A DNA stretch of 64,000 bases from the NCBI RefSeq assembly GCF_009914755.1, contig NC_060940.1, one strand, 5' to 3'. Under the pieces are notes generated by a model. That model was not told where the DNA came from and searched no databases. It saw nothing but the letters and a program-made list of their open reading frames with translations. The translations under genes and the position numbers were made by a program. This document shows, one piece after another, positions 57,960 to 64,000 of this stretch (its first letter is position 1; each line of letters opens with the position of its first letter). This DNA comes from the human T2T-CHM13v2.0 reference genome, Homo sapiens.

Positions 57960-60900
57960 ATTCGATTCCATTCGACGATGATTCCATTCGATTCCGTTTG
58001 ATGATTCCATTCTATTCTATTCGATGATGATTCCATTCGATTCCATTCGATGATGATTGGATTCGATTCCATTGGATGATTTCATTTGATTCCATTCGTT
58101 AATGATTTCGATCAATTCCATTCGATGATTCCATTCGATTCCATTCGATAATGATTACATCCGAGTCCATTCGATGATTCCCTTTGAGCCTGTTCGATAA
58201 TTCCATTTGAGTCCAACCAATGATTCCATTCATTTCCATTCAATGATTCCATTCGAGTCCATTTGATCATTCCGGTAGGGTCCATTCGATGTTGATTCCA
58301 TTGGAGTGCATTCGATGATTCCATTCGAGTCCATTTTAGGATTTGATTCGAGTCCTTTCGATGATTCCATTCGATTCCACTCGATGATGATTTCATTCGA
58401 GTCCATTCGACACTTCCAATCGATTCCATTTGATGATTCCATTCGAGTCCAATTGATGATTCCATTCAATTCCATTCGATGATGATTCCGTACGATTCCA
58501 TTCTGTGATGATTCCATGTGATTGCATTCAATGATGATTCCTTTCGATTGCATTCGATTATGATTCATTTCGTGTTCATTCTATGGTTCCACAGGTTTCC
58601 ATTCGTGTCCATTCCATTATTCCATTCTATTCCATTTGATGATGATTCCGTTCGATTCCATTCATTGGTGATTCCACTCAATTCCATTCAATGATTCCAT
58701 TCCATTTCTTTCAACAATGATTCCATTAGTTTCTAATCGATGATCCACTTGATTCCATTTGACGACGATTCCATTCTTGTCCATTCGATGATTCCATTTG
58801 ATTCCATATGATGATGATTCCATTCGATTCCATACCATGATGATTCCATTCGAGTCCATTCAATGGTGATTCCATTCAATTCCATTCGATGATTCCTTTT
58901 GATTCCATTCGATGATGATGGCATTCGATTCCTTTCAATCATTCCCTTTGATTCCATTCAAAGGTGATTTCATTCAAGTCCATTCGATAATTGCATTCGA
59001 TTCCATTCTATGATGATTCCATTCGAGTCCATTTGATGATTCCATTCAATTCAAGTCAATGATGATTCCATTCGATTCCATTCGATGATTCCATTGGATT
59101 CCATTCGATGATGATTCCATTCAAATCCATTCGATAATTCAATTCAAGTCCATTCGATGATGATTCCAATCGAATCCATTCAAAGATTCCATTCAGTTCC
59201 ATTCGATGATTCCCTTAGATTCCATTCGATGATTCCACTTGATTGCATTTACGATGATTCCATTCGATTCCATGTGATGATTCCATTCAATTCTATTCAA
59301 TGATGTCTCCATTTGATTCCATTCGACCATGATTGCCTTTGATTCCATTCAATGATTCCATTCGGTTCCGTTTGATGATGATTCCGTTCGATTCCATTTG
59401 ATGATTCCATTTGATTCCATTGGATGAGTCCATTCGATTACATTCGATGATTATTCCATTCGAGTGCATTAGATGATTCCATTCGAGTCCATTCGATGAT
59501 TCCATTCGATTCCATTCGATGTTGATTCTGTTCAAATCCATTCGATGATTCCACTCGATTCCATTCGTTGACTCCATTTGATCCCATTCGATGATTTCCT
59601 TTGATTCCCTTTGATGATCATTCCATTTGATTCAATTCGGTGATTTCATTTGATTCCATTCAGTGATGTTTCCATTCGACTCCATTCGATGATGATTCCA
59701 TTCGACTCCATTCGATTATGATTTCATTCAATTCCATTCGATAATGATTCCCTTCGAGTCCATTCGATGATTCCATTCGATTCCATTCAACGATGATTTG
59801 ATTCGTGTCCATTCGATGATTCCATTTGATTCCACTTGATGATGATTCCATTCGAGTCCATTTGATGATTCCATTCAATTCCATACTCCGATGATTTCTT
59901 TTGAGCCCACTCAATGCTTCCACTCGATTCCATATGATGATGACTCCATTCGATGAAATTCGATGATGATTCCATTCGCTTGCTTTCGATGATGATTCCA
60001 CTTGAGTCCGTTAGAAGATTCTATTCAATTACATTCCATGACGATTCCGTTCGAGTCCATTTGATGATTCCATTAGACTCCATTCGACGATGATTCCATT
60101 CGATGTTATTCCATGATTCCATTCGATCTCATTCGATGATGATTCCATTCAACTCCATTCGATGTTTCCATTCGAGTTCATTCTATTATTCCATTAGATT
60201 CCATTCGATGATGATTCCATTCGATTCCATTTGATGATTGCATTCTATTTCATTTGATGATGATTCCATTCGAGTCCACTCGATGATTCCATTCGAGTCC
60301 ATTTAATGAATCCATTGGTTTCAATTCTATGATGATTACATTGGATTCCATTCGTTGATGATTTCATTCGGTTCCATTCAATGATGATTCCATTCAATTC
60401 CTTTCAATGTTTCCATTCAATTCCATACGATGATGATTCCATTTGATTTGATTCGACAGTGAGCCATTCGATTCAATTCCATGATGATTCTATTTGATTC
60501 AATTGGTTGACATTTCCATTCGATTACATTCGATGATGATTCCCTTTGATTCCGTTCAAAGATGATTCCATTCTAGCCCATTCAATCATTCCATTCGATT
60601 CTATTCAATGATGATTCCATTCATGTCGATTTGGTGATTCCATTTGACTTCATTTGATGATGATTCCTTTCAAGTTCATTAGATGATTCCATTCGATTCC
60701 ATTTGATGATGATCCCATTCGAGTCCATTCAGTGATTCCATTCGTTTCCATTCCATGATGATTCCATTCCTTTCCATTCAATGATTCCATTCGATTCCGT
60801 TTGATGATGATTTCATTCGAGTCCATTTGATGATTCCATTTGATTCCATTCGATGATGATTCCATTCGAGTCCATTCGATGATTCTATTCGAATCCATTT

Positions 60901-63900
60901 GATGATTTCTTTTGATTATATTTGGTGATGATTCCATTGGAGTCCATTCAATGATTCCATTCTATTCCAATCGATGATGATTCCATTAGAGTCCATTTAA
61001 TGATTCCATTTGATTCCAGTCTCTGATGATTACATTCGAGTCCATACGATGATTCCACTCAATTCCATATGATGATGATTCCATTTGATTCCATTCGGTG
61101 ATTCCATTCTATTCTATTCAATGGTGATTCCATTCGAGTACATTAGATGATTCCATTCGATTCCATTCAATGATGATTCTATTTGTGTCCCTTAGATGAT
61201 TCCACATGATTCCATTAGATGATGATACTATTTGAGCCCATCCAATGATTCCCTTCGTTTCCATTCGATGAGGATTCCATTCGATTCAATTCATTGGTGA
61301 TTCTATTCAATTCAATTCTTTGATTCCATTCCATTCCATTCGACAATGATTCCATTCGATTTCTTTCGATGATTCCACTCGATTCCACTTGACATTGATT
61401 CCATTCGATTCCATTCAATGATTCCATTTGATTCCAGTGGATGATGATTGCCATCGATTCCATTCGATCACTCCATTCTATTCCATTTGATGATGATTAC
61501 ATTCGATTCCATTTGATGATTCCATCTGATTCTATTCGAGGATTCCATTTGATTCCATTCGATGATGATTCCATTCGAGTCCATTCGATGATTTCATTCG
61601 AGTACATCCAATGATTCCATTCGAGTCCATTTGATGATTCCATTTGATTCCATTTGAAAATGTTTCTACTAGAGTCCATTCAATGACTCCATTCGAGTCC
61701 ATTCAACAATTCCATTCGACTCCATTCGATGATTCCATTCGATTCTATTTGATGGTTCCATTCGAGTCCATTTAATCATTACAGTCGAGTCCATTTGGTG
61801 ATTCCACTGGATTTCTTTTGATAATGATACCATTCAATTACATTTGATGATGATCCCATTCAATTTCATTTGATGATGATTCCATTAGAGTCCATTCGAT
61901 GATTTCATTCGAGTCCCTTCATTGATTCCATCCAATTTCATTGGATGATGACTCCATTCGAGTCCATTCGATGATTCCACTCGATTCCATTAGATGACTC
62001 CATTGGAGTCCATTTGATTGTTCCATTCGATTCCATTCGATTCCTTTCGAAGATTATTCCATTTGAGTCCATTCGATGATGATTCCATTCCATTCCATTC
62101 GATGATTCCGTTTGATTCCATTCGATGATTCCCTTCGATTCCTTTCTTTGATGATTCCATTCCATTCCATTCAATGATTCCATTCGAATCTATTCCATGA
62201 TGATTCCTTTCGATTCCATTCGCTGATGTTTCCGTTCAATTCCATTCGATGATGATTCCATTCGATTCCATTCATTGAGGATTCCATTTGATTCCATTCA
62301 ATGATGATTCCATTCTATTCCATTCAATGATTGCATTCAATTCCATTCAATGATTATCCCATTAGAGTAAACTCAACGATTCCATTCAATACCATTCGAT
62401 GATGATTCCTTTTGAGTCCATTCAATGATTTCATTCAAGTCCATTTGATGATTCCTTTCAATTACATTCTATGATGATTCCATTCGAGTCCATTCGATGA
62501 TTCCATTCGATTGCATTCGATGATTCCATTATATTCCAGTCAACGATGATTCCATTCGAGTCCATTCGATGATTCCATTAGAGTACATTTAATGATTGCT
62601 TTGTTTTCAATTCGAAGATGATTACATTGGATTCCATTCTATGATACCATTCGATTCCATTCAATGATGATTCCACTCAAATCCATTGGATGATTCCATT
62701 CGTGTCCATTCGGTGATTTCATTAGATTCCATTCGAGGATGATTCCATTCGATTCCATTCGATGATTCCATTCAATTCCATTCGATGATGATTCCATTCC
62801 AGTCCATATGATCATTCCATTTGATTTCATTCGATGATGATTCCATTCAATTCGATTCGACGATTCCATTCTATTCCATTCGATGATGATTCCATTCGAG
62901 TCCATTCGATGATTCCATTCGAGTCCATTTAATGATTCCATTGGGTTCAATTCAATGATGATTACATTGGATTCCGTTCTATGATTCCATTCAATTCCGT
63001 TCATTGACAATTTGATTCCATTCGATGATGATTCCATTTGAGTTCATTCGATGATTCTATTCGATTCTCTTCGATGGTGATTCAATTCTATTATATTGGA
63101 TGATTCCATTCGATTCCATTTGATGTTGATTCAATTCGATTCTATTCGATGATGATTCCATTGGATTTCACTTGATGATTCTATTCGATTCCATTCAATG
63201 ATGATTCACTTCTCGTCCATTGGATGATTCCATTTCATTCCATTCGATGATGATTCCATTCGATTCCATTCGATGATTCCATTTGATTCCATGCGACGGT
63301 GAGCAATTCGATTCAATTCCATGATGATTCTATTTGATTCAATTAGATGATGTTTCCATTCGAATCCATTCCATGATTATTCCATTGGAATCCATTCGGC
63401 GATGATTCCATATGAGTCAATTCAATGATGATTCCATATGGGTCCGTTCGATGATAATTCCATTTGATTTCATTCGATGCTTCTATTCTATTCCAGTCGA
63501 TGATGATTCCGTTGGAGTCCATACGATGATTCCATTTGATTTCATTTGATGATGATTCCATTCGATGATGATTACATTGGATTCCATTCTATGATTCCAT
63601 TCAATTCCATTCGTTGATGATTCGATTCCATTCAATGATGATTCCATTTGAGTTCATTCGATGATTCTATTCGATTCCGTTCGATGGTGATTCAATTCTA
63701 TTATATTGGATGATTCCACTCGATTCCATTTGATGATTATTCCATTGGAGTCCACTTAGTGAATCCTTTAGATTCTACTCGACGATGATTCCATTCGAGT
63801 CCATTCGATGATACCATTCAATTCCATTCGTTGATGCTTCCATTCAAGTGCATTCGATGATATCATTCGATTCCATTTGATGATAATTCCATTTGATTCC

Positions 63901-64000
63901 GTGCGATGATTCTATTCGATTCCATTCAATGATAATTCCATTCAATTCAGTGATTCCTCTGGACTCCATTTGATGATGATTCCATTCAATGATTCCATTC
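57960..64000 (+). repeat. Higher-order unit copy 11 (full-length 6112 type, truncated by the window end)
   Basis: Anchors follow reference spacing (63343-57231=6112), and the 374-bp segment is retained (60370-60750). Confidence 0.93.

Larger units (their letters stand above)
1..64000 (+). repeat. Human satellite II (HSat2/HSATII) array, probably HSat2B-type with a ~6.1-kb higher-order unit (16q11.2-like pericentromeric heterochromatin)
   Basis: Continuous degenerate ATTCCATTCGATTCCATTCGATGATG and CATTCGAGTCCATTCGATG monomers of 23/26 bp, rich in TCGA and GATGAT, which separates HSat2 from pure (CATTC)n HSat3. The 6112-bp period is seen directly (anchors 271, 6383, 12495, 18607). The chromosome assignment comes from recalled literature on the period only. 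Confidence 0.97.

Noticed and set aside
153-63561. Numerous minus-strand ORFs of 60-132 aa (MESSSNGIEWNH-like)
   Set aside because: They are direct translations of GAATG satellite. The minus strand is rich in ATG and poor in stops, while the plus strand is full of TGA. The ORFs overlap in several frames, are low-complexity, have no recognisable domains and are freely broken by SNVs between copies.
1-64000. CRISPR-like or other repeat-spacer array
   Set aside because: The 23/26-bp monomers are contiguous and degenerate, with no unique spacers, leader or cas genes.
1-64000. Strand inversion or large palindrome
   Set aside because: CATTC stays on the + strand throughout, and no GAATG-oriented tract was seen. 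Every ORF in the track being on the minus strand is consistent with this.
1-64000. HSat3 or alpha satellite / CENP-B boxes
   Set aside because: There are no long perfect (CATTC)n runs and no 171-bp monomers. The GATGAT/TCGA-rich 23/26-bp pattern is diagnostic of HSat2.

Overview
The whole 64 kb window is human classical satellite II (HSat2/HSATII). It consists of degenerate CATTC-derived 23/26-bp monomers (ATTCCATTCGATTCCATTCGATG[ATG]), all with CATTC on the + strand, organised into a 6112-bp higher-order tandem unit. From recall rather than a search, this period matches the ~6.1-kb HSat2B array of 16q11.2. About 11 copies are present: 6112, 6112, 6112, 6089, 6089, 6040, 4091, 5840, 5737, 5737 and a partial 6112-type copy. 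Lengths were derived from offsets of homologous ORF-track anchors and checked against the indels in the sequence. I see no genes, RNA genes, transposons, CRISPR arrays or inversions, and all listed ORFs are satellite translation artefacts. I found no novel protein-coding system. The informative signal is structural. A ~1.81-kb diverged HSat2 segment that does not belong to the 6.1-kb unit (~38473-40282) replaces ~3.85 kb of one copy and is flanked by older-looking copies. There are also phase-shifted tandem duplications, deletions sized in monomer multiples, mosaic SNV sharing between copies, and old internal duplications within the unit.
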